Assembly: GCA_030537215.1 (NCBI GenBank)
Contig: JAUNOF010000003.1
Location: forward strand, 2,610 to 66,609
Direction: 5' to 3'
Origin: Lachnospiraceae bacterium
GTDB lineage: Bacteria > Bacillota > Clostridia > Lachnospirales > Lachnospiraceae
Length of the DNA stretch: 64,000 bases
Below, one piece after another: positions 32,146-41,863 of this stretch (positions within the stretch are counted from its first letter, which is position 1; each line of letters opens with the position of its first letter). A program made the translations under genes and the position numbers. The notes beneath the pieces were generated by a model. The model was given only the letters and a program-made list of their open reading frames with translations. It searched no databases and had not been told where the DNA came from.

Positions 32146-33276
32146 ATGCTGTTATTTGATTATAAGCTGCGAGATTTTAATTTCCGTTTGGTGTTTTATG
32201 TGCTGGCGCTGAGTGTGATCGGCGTCCTGGTGATCCGAAGCGCTTCATCCGGATCCATGGAGGATGCCAGGGTGATCCGCCAGATGATGGGGATCGGTGT
32301 AGGGCTTACGTTTGCTCTGATTCTTTCGCTGGTGGATTACCATCGGATTTTAAATATCAGTACAGTGGTTTACCTTGCGTGCATCGGCCTTCTGGCATGG
32401 GTGCTCTTAAACGGCGTTGTGCGCGGAGGTGCTACACGGTGGATTGTGCTGCCGGGAATCGGCCAGCTGCAGCCATCAGAATTTTCAAAAATTGGTTTGA
32501 TTATTTTCTTCTCCTGGTATTTTGATAAATACCAGGAGCGGATCAACCAGGTATCCATACTGGCGGCTGCGGCCGTGCTGTTCGGCTTACCGGTTCTTTT
32601 GATTTTAGCCGAGCCGAATCTGTCCACCAGCCTGATCACCATCATGATCTTCACTGCAATGATCTTCGCTGCCGGACTTAGTTATAAGTGGATATTAGGT
32701 GTGATTGCTGTCTTAATCCCGGTTGCAGCTGCTTTTATCTATCTGCTGCAATATGAAATGATACCATTTCTCCGCGGGTACCAGGCACAAAGAATTTTAA
32801 GCTTTATCAATCCTGGTAAATACCAGGATGCGAACCTGCAGCAGGATAATTCGGTCATGGCAATTGGCTCCGGACAGCTGTGGGGAAAGGGACTGAATAA
32901 CACCACCATCGCCTCCGTAAAGAACGGCAACTTCCTCTCAGAGGAATCCACTGACTTTATCTTCGCGGTAATCGGGGAAGAATTAGGATTTGTGGGAAGT
33001 ATGGTTGTGCTTGGACTGTTTCTGCTTATTATTTATGAATGTTTATGGATGGCAAGGAGAGCCAAAGATGTAAGTGGCAAGCTTCTGTGCACCGGAATGG
33101 CAGCATTGATTGGTTTCCAAAGCTTTTCCAATATAGCAGTTGCTACGAAATTATTTCCAAACACCGGTCTGCCTCTGCCATTTATCAGTTACGGTGTCAG
33201 TTCCCTTCTCAGCATGTATGTGGGAATGGGAATCGTATTAAATGTTGGACTACAGAGAAAAAGCGCTCACAATTAA
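32146..33276 (+). CDS. rodA: RodA/FtsW SEDS family protein
   Basis: QPSEFSK, AIGSGQLWGKG, TDFIFAVIGEELG, GLPLPFISYG. Confidence 0.9.
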   Translation: MLLFDYKLRDFNFRLVFYVLALSVIGVLVIRSASSGSMEDARVIRQMMGIGVGLTFALILSLVDYHRILNISTVVYLACIGLLAWVLLNGVVRGGATRWIVLPGIGQLQPSEFSKIGLIIFFSWYFDKYQERINQVSILAAAAVLFGLPVLLILAEPNLSTSLITIMIFTAMIFAAGLSYKWILGVIAVLIPVAAAFIYLLQYEMIPFLRGYQAQRILSFINPGKYQDANLQQDNSVMAIGSGQLWGKGLNNTTIASVKNGNFLSEESTDFIFAVIGEELGFVGSMVVLGLFLLIIYECLWMARRAKDVSGKLLCTGMAALIGFQSFSNIAVATKLFPNTGLPLPFISYGVSSLLSMYVGMGIVLNVGLQRKSAHN

Positions 33277-33290
33277 GGAGGAGTATGATA

Positions 33291-33686
33291 ATGAATATCG
33301 GACTGATTGCACATGATGCAAAGAAGAAACTGATGCAGAATTTCTGCATTGCTTACAGAGGAATTTTGAGCAAGCATGAGCTCTATGCTACAGGTACGAC
33401 TGGGCGGCTCATTGAGGAGGTTGCAAACCTGAACGTTCATAAATACCTGGCAGGACATCTGGGCGGCGAGCAGCAGATGGCAGCGCAGATCGAGCACAAT
33501 GAGATCGATCTGGTTATTTTCCTGCGCGACCCGGTCAGCTCTAAGGTTCATGAACCGGATGTAAATAATGCTGTCCGGCTTTGCGATACCTACAACATCC
33601 CGCTGGCAACGAATCTGGCCACTGCAGAGCTGCTGATCAAGGCTTTGGACCGCGGTGATCTGGAATGGCGCGAGATGTATCGTTAG
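33291..33686 (+). CDS. mgsA: Methylglyoxal synthase
   Basis: IAHDAKK, ATGTTG, HEPDV, NIPLATN. Confidence 0.93.
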   Translation: MNIGLIAHDAKKKLMQNFCIAYRGILSKHELYATGTTGRLIEEVANLNVHKYLAGHLGGEQQMAAQIEHNEIDLVIFLRDPVSSKVHEPDVNNAVRLCDTYNIPLATNLATAELLIKALDRGDLEWREMYR

Positions 33687-33696
33687 AGGCAGAAGT

Positions 33697-34695
33697 ATGA
33701 GCATAAGAAAGAAAACAAAGGGGATCCTCGGGGCGTGCCTTGCTGCGTTCGTGCTTTCTTCTGCAGGATGCGGCCAGAAGACGCTTGAGCGTCCTTATGT
33801 ATGGTCTCAGAGGAATTTAACCCTTTCCAGCCAGAGCGAAGCGGATGGGGCTGATACAGTCCTAAAAGGCCGCGCTTTGGGCTTTGCGGAGGATCTCTGC
33901 GTGGCAGCGCCGGATGCTGTCTGGGAGGATAGTGCTGTGAATGCTGAAGCAGCGGCTGTCTTTGATCTGACAGACTGCCAGGTCATCTACGGAAAAAACG
34001 TGTTTGAGCAGCTTCATCCGGCCAGCATTACCAAGGTGATGACTGCCATTGTAGCCATCAAGTACGGTAATCTGGAGGATCTGGTCACCGTAACGGAGGA
34101 CGCTGTGATAACAGAACGGGGAGCCAGCCTGTGTAACATCAAGCCGGGTGATACACTGACACTGGAACAGCTCCTTTACGGTCTGATGCTCCCTTCTGGA
34201 AACGATGCAGCGGCAGCGATCGCCGTTCATATGGCGGGCAGCATTGACGGATTTGCAGAGCTGATGAATCAGGAGGCTGCCAGATTAGGGGCGACCAGCA
34301 CTCATTTCACCAATCCTCATGGACTGACCAATGCAGAGCATTTGACCACAGCATACGATTTGTATCTGATTTTTAATGAAGCGCTGAAGCTGCCTAAGTT
34401 CCGCGAAGTAACGGGTACTACGGCATACACAGCAAACTATACCAATGCCGCCGGAGAAGCTGTTTCCAAAGAATGGAAGGGCGGCAACTGGTACATGACA
34501 GGAGAACGGACAACGCCGGATGGCCTTACTGTATTCGGCGGAAAAACCGGAACTACCAATGCGGCAGGCTACTGTCTGATCATGGCCAGCCGGGATGAAA
34601 AGGAGAAGGAATATATTTCTGTCGTGCTGAAGGCAGGGAGCCGTCCGAACCTTTATGATAACATGACGGAAATAATTCAGAAAATTGTCAATTAG
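33697..34695 (+). CDS. D-alanyl-D-alanine carboxypeptidase (peptidase S11), lipoprotein
   Basis: Lipobox SAGC; PASITK, SGND, HFTNPHGL, KTG. Confidence 0.9.
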   Translation: MSIRKKTKGILGACLAAFVLSSAGCGQKTLERPYVWSQRNLTLSSQSEADGADTVLKGRALGFAEDLCVAAPDAVWEDSAVNAEAAAVFDLTDCQVIYGKNVFEQLHPASITKVMTAIVAIKYGNLEDLVTVTEDAVITERGASLCNIKPGDTLTLEQLLYGLMLPSGNDAAAAIAVHMAGSIDGFAELMNQEAARLGATSTHFTNPHGLTNAEHLTTAYDLYLIFNEALKLPKFREVTGTTAYTANYTNAAGEAVSKEWKGGNWYMTGERTTPDGLTVFGGKTGTTNAAGYCLIMASRDEKEKEYISVVLKAGSRPNLYDNMTEIIQKIVN

Positions 34696-34785
34696 TCGTT
34701 GCGTTTTTTGGATAGTTATACTATAATTGTTTTATAATTAATTGACATTTTATACAACTTAAATAAACCTAAGGAGGAGATTGTT

Positions 34786-35205
34786 ATGGTTCAGATTATA
34801 GCAGGAAAAAAGGGGAAGGGAAAGACAAAACATCTGTTAGAAAAGGCCAATGAATCGATTAAGACCGCAAAAGGTTCTATCGTATATCTTGACAAGAGCT
34901 CCAAGCATATGTATGAATTGAGCAACAAGATTCGTCTGATCAATGTAAATGAGTTCCCATTAAGCTCCAGTGAGAGTTTTATCGGTTTCGTCAGCGGTAT
35001 TATTTCCCAGGATCATGACCTGGAGATCATGTTTTTAGACAGTTTCTTAAAGCTGGCAAGTCTGGAAGGAGAAGATATCTCCGAAACCATCGCAACTTTG
35101 AAAAAAATCGGTGAGAAGTATCATGTAACCTTCGTATTAAGCGTATCCATGGATGCACATGAACTGCCGGATAATGCTAAGGACGACGTGATTATTTCTT
35201 TATAA
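34786..35205 (+). CDS. Conserved small P-loop protein of unknown function
   Basis: GKKGKGKT Walker A-like motif; strong AAGGAGG RBS. Confidence 0.75.
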   Translation: MVQIIAGKKGKGKTKHLLEKANESIKTAKGSIVYLDKSSKHMYELSNKIRLINVNEFPLSSSESFIGFVSGIISQDHDLEIMFLDSFLKLASLEGEDISETIATLKKIGEKYHVTFVLSVSMDAHELPDNAKDDVIISL

Positions 35206-35221
35206 TCATACATAAGGATTC

Positions 35222-35257
35222 AGGCCGCTGCAATGATTACTTGCAGCGGCTTTTTTC
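35222..35257 (+). terminator. Intrinsic terminator
   Basis: Stem GCCGCTGCAA/TTGCAGCGGC followed by T6. Confidence 0.78.
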
Positions 35258-35325
35258 ACTTGCTTTTTTGTGCACTTTTTCTTATAATGTAGCTTATTGG
35301 AAGGAAGGAAAGAAGGAGGCTCCCT

Positions 35326-36837
35326 ATGGGCAGCAAGAAAAAGAAAAACCGCAAAATCGTGCCATACAGACGGCCAAAGAATCTGAATGTAGGCATGATT
35401 ATTTTTGCTATTATCTTTGTATACATGACCTTCAGTGTTTATACTTATATGAAGCGAGATAAGGTTCAATTTTATGAGGTAGTGGACGGCGGCATTGTGA
35501 ATGAGAAGGATTATACGGGGATTATCCTGCGGGATGAAACGACGAAATATACGGACCGGGCAGGTGATATCAATTACTATGTGCGGGAAGGGAAACGGGC
35601 CAGCGTAGGCACTAGCATATATTCCATCGATGAGACTGGCTCTATTGCAGCATTTATGGCAGAGCATCCTGAGGCAGGTGCTGCACTGAGCGAAGAAAAT
35701 CTTTCTGACTTGAAAAAGCAGCTGACCTCCTTCAGCATCACATTCCAGGATGAACAGTTTCATTCCGTTTATGATACCAAGTATTCGCTGGAGGCACAGG
35801 TTCTGGAATATGCGAATTTTAATGCATTGGATAATCTGGATGCAATGCTGGGACAGGCTGGGGTGAATTTCCAGCAGGTCCGGGCGGATCAGGCGGGGGT
35901 GATTTCTTACGCCATCGATTCTTACGAGGATCTGGATGTGTCACAGATCTCAGAAGAGGTATTTAACCGAGCTGCCTATTCCAGATCCATCACAAAATCG
36001 GGACAAAAGGTTCCAAAGGATTCTCCGGTATACAAGATCGTCACATCCGATAACTGGTCAGTGGTCTTTCCCATGACAGAGGAGGATGCTGCGGAATATC
36101 AGGATTCCACATCCCTTCGGGTCAGCTTTGATGGAAAAGATCTGAGTGTGATCGGTGATTTTTCCATCTTCACCGGTACAGATGGAAAGACATACGGAAA
36201 GCTGGATTTTAATAAATATATGGTGCAGTTTATCTCGGAACGGTATGTGCAGTTTGAGATCGTAACCCAAAAGGTATCCGGTCTGAAGATCCCGATCAGT
36301 GCGGTGACCAATAAGACCTTCCATCTGGTCCCGGTGGGATATCTGGCCAAAGGCGGTGATGGAGATGATTCTACCACCGGCTTTATGAAAGAAGTCTATT
36401 CGGAACAGGGAACTTCTGTGGTATTTGTACCTGCCACCATTTACTATTCCACAGAAGAGTATTATTATATTGATATCAGTGATGGCAATGAACTGAACGC
36501 CGGCGACTATCTGGTAAAACCTACCGGCGCCAATATTGCGGAGGAGGACGCTGCTTCGGATGAGGAAGGAGAAACGGAAGCTGAGACCAATGATGCCGCA
36601 TCTCAGGCAGCAAGAGCTGCAGACAGCGGCGGACGGTTCCAGATCGGAGCCAGTGCATCCCTGCAGGGAGTTTATAATATTAATAAAGGGTATGCAGTGT
36701 TTAAGCAGATCGAAGTCTTAGCCTCCAATGATGAGTATTACACCATTAAAAAGGGCATGCGATATGGTTTATCCGTTTATGATCATATTGTGCTGGATGC
36801 TTCTACCGTGGAGGAAGGAAAGCTGATCTATCAGTAA
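35326..36837 (+). CDS. Membrane protein with HlyD-like adaptor domain
   Basis: N-terminal TM, GIILRDE, GVISYAIDSYE, GLKIPISAV; typical position before yggS in Clostridia. Confidence 0.7.
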   Translation: MGSKKKKNRKIVPYRRPKNLNVGMIIFAIIFVYMTFSVYTYMKRDKVQFYEVVDGGIVNEKDYTGIILRDETTKYTDRAGDINYYVREGKRASVGTSIYSIDETGSIAAFMAEHPEAGAALSEENLSDLKKQLTSFSITFQDEQFHSVYDTKYSLEAQVLEYANFNALDNLDAMLGQAGVNFQQVRADQAGVISYAIDSYEDLDVSQISEEVFNRAAYSRSITKSGQKVPKDSPVYKIVTSDNWSVVFPMTEEDAAEYQDSTSLRVSFDGKDLSVIGDFSIFTGTDGKTYGKLDFNKYMVQFISERYVQFEIVTQKVSGLKIPISAVTNKTFHLVPVGYLAKGGDGDDSTTGFMKEVYSEQGTSVVFVPATIYYSTEEYYYIDISDGNELNAGDYLVKPTGANIAEEDAASDEEGETEAETNDAASQAARAADSGGRFQIGASASLQGVYNINKGYAVFKQIEVLASNDEYYTIKKGMRYGLSVYDHIVLDASTVEEGKLIYQ

Positions 36838-36904
36838 CAGAAGGTAACTGGGCAGAATTCTGTGGATTCTAGTTATGCATAAAAATAAACCAGAGGTGAA
36901 ATAT

Positions 36905-37585
36905 ATGGTAAAGGAACAATTGCGGGACGTACAAAGCCGGGTAGAGGAGGCATGCCTGCGGGCAGGAAGAGATCCGAAGGAAGTTACGCTGATTGCAGTC
37001 AGCAAGACAAAACCGGTTGCAATGATTCAGGAGGCTTATGAGGAAGGCGCTCGAGATTTTGGAGAGAATAAGGTCCAGGAGATCATAGAGAAAAAGGCAG
37101 CTATGGAAAACGACATACGCTGGCACATGATCGGTCACCTGCAGCGCAATAAGGTAAAACAGGTCATTGATAAGGCCGTGCTGATCCATTCAGTGGATTC
37201 CATCCGGCTGGCAGAGCAGATCCAGGAGGAGGCAGAAAAGAAGGATCTGGATGTGGACATCCTTTTGGAGGTGAATGTAGCCAGAGAGGAAAGCAAATAC
37301 GGATTCATGCTGGAGGAAGTGCTGGATGCAGCGCTGGCAATCAGCAAATTATCCCGTGTCCATATCCGGGGGCTGATGACAATTGCACCATTTGTCGAGA
37401 ATTCCGAAGAAAATCGAAAAGTATTTAAAAAATTATTTGAATTTTATGTTGACATGAAAAGTAAAAACATTGATAATGTTAGTATGGATGTGCTTTCAAT
37501 GGGTATGTCCGGTGATTATGAAGTGGCGATCGAAGAGGGTGCTACCATGGTTCGGGTAGGGACCAGCATTTTCGGTTCCAGGTAA
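36905..37585 (+). CDS. yggS: YggS family PLP homeostasis protein
   Basis: IAVSKT, FGENKVQE, WHMIGHLQRNK, LSMGMSGDY. Confidence 0.94.
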   Translation: MVKEQLRDVQSRVEEACLRAGRDPKEVTLIAVSKTKPVAMIQEAYEEGARDFGENKVQEIIEKKAAMENDIRWHMIGHLQRNKVKQVIDKAVLIHSVDSIRLAEQIQEEAEKKDLDVDILLEVNVAREESKYGFMLEEVLDAALAISKLSRVHIRGLMTIAPFVENSEENRKVFKKLFEFYVDMKSKNIDNVSMDVLSMGMSGDYEVAIEEGATMVRVGTSIFGSR

Positions 37586-37604
37586 AGATTGGAGAGAACA
37601 TAAA

Positions 37605-38114
37605 ATGAGCCTTTTAAGCAAACTGATGAGTTCTATGCGTCTGAGTGAAGAAGATGAGGACGATTACTATTTAGATGAAGACGATTCTTTTGAGGAGGAA
37701 GCACCGAAAAAGGGATTTTTCTCAAAAAGAGCAGAAGAGGATGACTATGATGATGAAGCAGATTCTAAGCCACGTTTCCTGGGCGGTCGTAATTCAAAAG
37801 TAGTACCGATGAAACGAGGCATGGAGGTGACTATGATTAAGCCTACATCTATGGAGGATTCCCGGGAGGTATGTGATTATCTGCTTGCAGGGAAGGCGGT
37901 GGTTCTGAACATGGAAGGGATACATATGGAAGTCGCCCAGAGAATCATTGACTTTACTTCCGGCGCTACCTATTCCATCGGTGGAAACCTGCAGAAGATC
38001 TCGAATTATATCTTCATTGCAACACCACAGTCGGTTGAGTTATCTGGTGATTTTCAGGACCTGCTGTCCGGCGGAAACTTAAGCGGCGTATCCGGATTAA
38101 ATATTCATTTATAA
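37605..38114 (+). CDS. sepF: Cell division protein SepF
   Basis: AQRIIDFTSGATY, FIATP; follows yggS. Confidence 0.9.
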   Translation: MSLLSKLMSSMRLSEEDEDDYYLDEDDSFEEEAPKKGFFSKRAEEDDYDDEADSKPRFLGGRNSKVVPMKRGMEVTMIKPTSMEDSREVCDYLLAGKAVVLNMEGIHMEVAQRIIDFTSGATYSIGGNLQKISNYIFIATPQSVELSGDFQDLLSGGNLSGVSGLNIHL

Positions 38115-38283
38115 GCGGAAAAAGAAGCAGTTTTATGCGGACGAGCAGACACCTTCTTCCGGTCGGGGAAGTGTGTTTGCTCTTTCTGTATGCCGGAAGT
38201 ATCCGTTTTTGTGTATAGAAATCCAGACAGAATTTTCAGGGCTGTCTGGTATGATCAATGATAAAACAACAGGAGGAATCAGT

Positions 38284-39405
38284 ATGACAGACCGATTATG
38301 TGTACATTTAGATGAAAAGCCAATTTATGATATCGTATTGGAGCAGTCCTTTGACCGGCTGACTGAGGAGGTTCAGAAGCTGGGAACAGAAAAGAAAAAG
38401 CTTTGCATCGTTGCCGACTCCAATGTGGCGCCGCTGTATCTGGAGGAAGTGAAGGAGCGGCTTCTGCCTGTCTGCCGTCAGGTGGATACCTTTATCTTTC
38501 CGGCAGGGGAGGAGCAGAAGAATCTGAATACCGTCCGCGATCTGTACGAAGCCCTGATCCGGAAGGCATATGACCGAAATGATATGCTGGTTGCCTTGGG
38601 AGGAGGCGTGACAGGCGATTTATGCGGATTTGGTGCGGCTACCTATCTGCGGGGGATATCCTTTATTCAGATACCCACCACGCTGCTGTCACAGGTGGAT
38701 TCCAGCATAGGAGGCAAGACCGGCGTGGATTTTGATGCCTACAAAAATATGGTAGGTGCTTTCCATATGCCGAAATTGGTGTATACTAATGTGAGGACAC
38801 TGGCTACACTTTCGGAGGAACAGTTTATCTCTGGAATGGGAGAGGTGGTAAAGCATGGACTGATCAAGAATGCCTCCTACTATCACTGGCTGATCGATCA
38901 TGCAGAAGCAATTATGAAACGGGATTACCAGATCTGCCAGCAGATGATCCTGGAAAGCAATCGGATTAAGCGGGACGTGGTGGAATTGGATCCTACCGAA
39001 AAAGGGGACCGGGCTCTCTTGAACTTTGGACACACCCTGGGCCACGCCATTGAAAAGCTGAAGGAATTTACTATGCCCCACGGACATTGTGTGGCGGTAG
39101 GCTTTCTGGCTGCCAGTGAGATTTCAGCCCGCCGCGGATACCTGACCAGGGAGGAGCTGAATCAGCTTCGTGCCGCCATGGCTGCCTTTCATATGCCGGT
39201 CACTGTGGACGGTGTGGAGGCCGATGATGTGCTGGAAGCTGTAAAGCACGATAAGAAGATGGATGCCGGGACCATAAAATTCATTCTGCTGAAGCAAATG
39301 GGCGATGCCTATGTGGACCGCACGGTAAGCCGGGAGGAGATGGCACAGGGGCTTGCCTGTGTCTTAACAGATGAGAATGCCCCAGTAAGACAGCAGGGCG
39401 AATAG
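38284..39405 (+). CDS. aroB: 3-dehydroquinate synthase
   Basis: GGGVTGD, PTTLLSQVDSSIGGKTG, LNFGHTLGHA. Confidence 0.95.
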   Translation: MTDRLCVHLDEKPIYDIVLEQSFDRLTEEVQKLGTEKKKLCIVADSNVAPLYLEEVKERLLPVCRQVDTFIFPAGEEQKNLNTVRDLYEALIRKAYDRNDMLVALGGGVTGDLCGFGAATYLRGISFIQIPTTLLSQVDSSIGGKTGVDFDAYKNMVGAFHMPKLVYTNVRTLATLSEEQFISGMGEVVKHGLIKNASYYHWLIDHAEAIMKRDYQICQQMILESNRIKRDVVELDPTEKGDRALLNFGHTLGHAIEKLKEFTMPHGHCVAVGFLAASEISARRGYLTREELNQLRAAMAAFHMPVTVDGVEADDVLEAVKHDKKMDAGTIKFILLKQMGDAYVDRTVSREEMAQGLACVLTDENAPVRQQGE

Positions 39406-39431
39406 CAGCAGAATTAACAGGAGAATCCGAT

Positions 39432-39968
39432 ATGCTTGACAACAGAACGTTATTCAAAAAAAAGAAAAAGGGATTTCTCGCCTTTTTCTTAAGCACAGCT
39501 GTGCTGATCTGGCTGGATCAATGGACAAAAAGGCTGGCTGTAGCTCATTTAAAGGATCAGCCGGAGATCGTAATCATCAAAGGGGTGTTTGAGCTCCGCT
39601 ATCTGGAAAACAGAGGGGCAGCCTTTGGAATGCTTCAGGGACGCCAGCTGTTTTTCTTTCTGGTGGCAGCGGTGGTCCTTGCTGCGGTGATTTATGCCCT
39701 TCTGCGCATGCCTTTTACAAAACGATATCTGCCTCTGGGCGGCTGTATGGTGCTGCTGGTGGCAGGTGCGCTGGGAAATATGATTGACCGGATCAGCCAG
39801 CAGTTTGTAGTAGATTTCTTATACTTCAGCCTGATCGATTTCCCTATCTTCAATGTAGCGGACTGCTATGTTACCGCTGCGGCATTCCTTTTGATTGTGC
39901 TGATCATGTGGTATTACAAGGATGAGGATCTGGCAGTGTTTTCATGGAAGAAGGGAGAACAAACTTGA
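39432..39968 (+). CDS. lspA: Signal peptidase II
   Basis: DQWTK, NRGAAFG, GALGNMIDR, FPIFNVAD. Confidence 0.94.
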   Translation: MLDNRTLFKKKKKGFLAFFLSTAVLIWLDQWTKRLAVAHLKDQPEIVIIKGVFELRYLENRGAAFGMLQGRQLFFFLVAAVVLAAVIYALLRMPFTKRYLPLGGCMVLLVAGALGNMIDRISQQFVVDFLYFSLIDFPIFNVADCYVTAAAFLLIVLIMWYYKDEDLAVFSWKKGEQT

Positions 39969-40879
39969 ATCAGGACTTTGTAGTGGCGGAAGAAGATCAG
40001 GATACCAGAATCGATAAGTATTTAACAGACTGCTGCGAAAATCTGTCCCGTTCTTATCTTCAGAAGCTTTTGAAATCCGGCGATGTGCTGGTAAATGATA
40101 AGCCGGTAAAAAGCAGCTATAAGATTTGCGAAGGCGATATTATCTCCTGCCATGTGCCGGAGGCTGTGGAGCCGGAGATCCTGGCAGAGCCGATTCCGCT
40201 GGACATTTTGTACGAAGATGAGGATGTTATTCTGGTCAATAAGCCCAAGGGAATGGTGGTTCATCCGGCAGCAGGACACATAAGCAAAACGCTGGTAAAC
40301 GGTCTGATGTACCACTGCCGCGGGCAGCTCTCCGGGATCAACGGCGTTATGCGGCCAGGCATTGTCCATCGGATCGATATGGACACCACAGGGGTTTTGA
40401 TCGTGTGTAAAAATGATACGGCCCACAGGGAGATTGCATCACAGCTTAAGGAGCACTCGATTACCAGGCGGTACCGCGCGATTGTACATGGAGTGCTGAA
40501 GGATGATGAGGGTACGGTAAACGCCCCCATCGGCCGTCATCCGGTGGATCGGAAGAAGATGAGTATCAACACACGGAACGGGAAGGAGGCAGTCACTCAT
40601 TACAAGGTACTGGAGCGTTTTCAGGATTTTACCTATATTGAATGCCGTCTGGAAACCGGGCGCACCCATCAGATCCGGGTCCATATGGCCAGCATCCATC
40701 ATCCTCTTCTAGGAGATCAGGTTTATGGTCCTGACAAATGCCCGTTTAAAAATCTTCAGGGTCAGACTCTTCACGCCGGAATCCTTGGGTTCATTCATCC
40801 GAGAACCGGACAGTATATGGAGTTTTCTGCTCCCCTTCCGTTGTACTTTGAGGAATTGCTGAAGAAGCTTAAAAAATAA
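39965..40879 (+). CDS. RluA family pseudouridine synthase (RluD-like)
   Basis: S4 domain, GIVHRIDMDTTG, LETGRTHQIRVH; TTG start inferred from RBS position. Confidence 0.92.
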   Translation: MNQDFVVAEEDQDTRIDKYLTDCCENLSRSYLQKLLKSGDVLVNDKPVKSSYKICEGDIISCHVPEAVEPEILAEPIPLDILYEDEDVILVNKPKGMVVHPAAGHISKTLVNGLMYHCRGQLSGINGVMRPGIVHRIDMDTTGVLIVCKNDTAHREIASQLKEHSITRRYRAIVHGVLKDDEGTVNAPIGRHPVDRKKMSINTRNGKEAVTHYKVLERFQDFTYIECRLETGRTHQIRVHMASIHHPLLGDQVYGPDKCPFKNLQGQTLHAGILGFIHPRTGQYMEFSAPLPLYFEELLKKLKK

Positions 40880-40937
40880 GTTCTGGCAGAATATATACTT
40901 TTCTGGAAATTTATAGTATAATAAAAGAAGGTTCCAG

Positions 40938-41096
40938 GTAACTGTTCAGTAGGCCTGCGCAGAGTCTGCCCCAGCGAAGCGAGGGCGTTTACTGCGCTGA
41001 CCGTAAGATAAACTGGGCCTGAAGGCAAAAATCCCATCGGCAGAGCCGATTTTAAATGGATTTTTGCTCGTAACTGTGAGGGTACTGAACAGTTAC
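40938..41096. mobile_element. 159 bp non-autonomous MITE
   Basis: Terminal inverted repeats GTAACTGTTCAGTA/TACTGAACAGTTAC; flanks GGTTCCAG and AGTTCCAG (7/8 duplication); near-identical copy at 47916. Confidence 0.85.
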
Positions 41097-41119
41097 AGTT
41101 CCAGAAAGGAGAATTGCGT

Positions 41120-41755
41120 ATGAATGGAAACTTGGTTATTACAATCGGACGTCAATGCGGAAGTGCAGGCCGCAAGATTGGCATGAAGCTGGCGGAGGAG
41201 CTGGGAGTTAAGTGCTACGATAAGGAGCTGCTGTCCCTGGCAGCAAAGCACAGCGGACTTTGCGAGGAGCTTTTTGAGACACATGATGAAAAGCCTACCA
41301 GCAGCTTTCTTTATTCACTGGTAATGGATACCTATTCCATGGGCTACACCTCTTCTGCATACATGGATATGCCGATTAATCATAAGATTTTTCTGGCACA
41401 GTTTGACACCATTAAGAAGCTGGCTGCGGAGGAATCCTGCGTTATTGTAGGACGCTGTGCTGACTATGCACTGGCCGATTATCCCAATACGGTTACGGTA
41501 TTTATCTCAGGCGATGAGAAGGATAAGATCGCATATTTAAAGGATCTTTATCAGGTTGACGACGCCAAGGCGAAGGATATCATGATGAAAACCGATAAGA
41601 AGCGTTCCAGCTATTATAACTACTACTCCAGCAAAAAATGGGGAGATGCCAAGGGCTATGACCTGTGCATCAACAGCAGCGCTGTGGGCTACGATGGAGC
41701 CGTGAAGATGATCCGTGCTTTTGCTGAGGCAAAGCAGGCATGGAAGAACCGGTAA
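41120..41755 (+). CDS. Cytidylate kinase-like family protein
   Basis: ITIGRQCGSAG, CVIVGRCADY, DKKRSSYY, YDLCINS. Confidence 0.85.
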   Translation: MNGNLVITIGRQCGSAGRKIGMKLAEELGVKCYDKELLSLAAKHSGLCEELFETHDEKPTSSFLYSLVMDTYSMGYTSSAYMDMPINHKIFLAQFDTIKKLAAEESCVIVGRCADYALADYPNTVTVFISGDEKDKIAYLKDLYQVDDAKAKDIMMKTDKKRSSYYNYYSSKKWGDAKGYDLCINSSAVGYDGAVKMIRAFAEAKQAWKNR

Positions 41756-41768
41756 TCAGCAGGAAGAT

Positions 41769-41813
41769 AAAACAGCTCAGAAGCTGACACAAAAAGGCTT
41801 CTGAGCTGTTTTT
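41769..41813. terminator. Bidirectional terminator
   Basis: AAAACAGCTCAGAAGC/GCTTCTGAGCTGTTTT between convergent genes. Confidence 0.82.
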
Positions 41814-41863
41814 GTATGTTTGTGAATGCCAGAGCGGCCGATCAGATCGTTTTGTTCCCTTGA

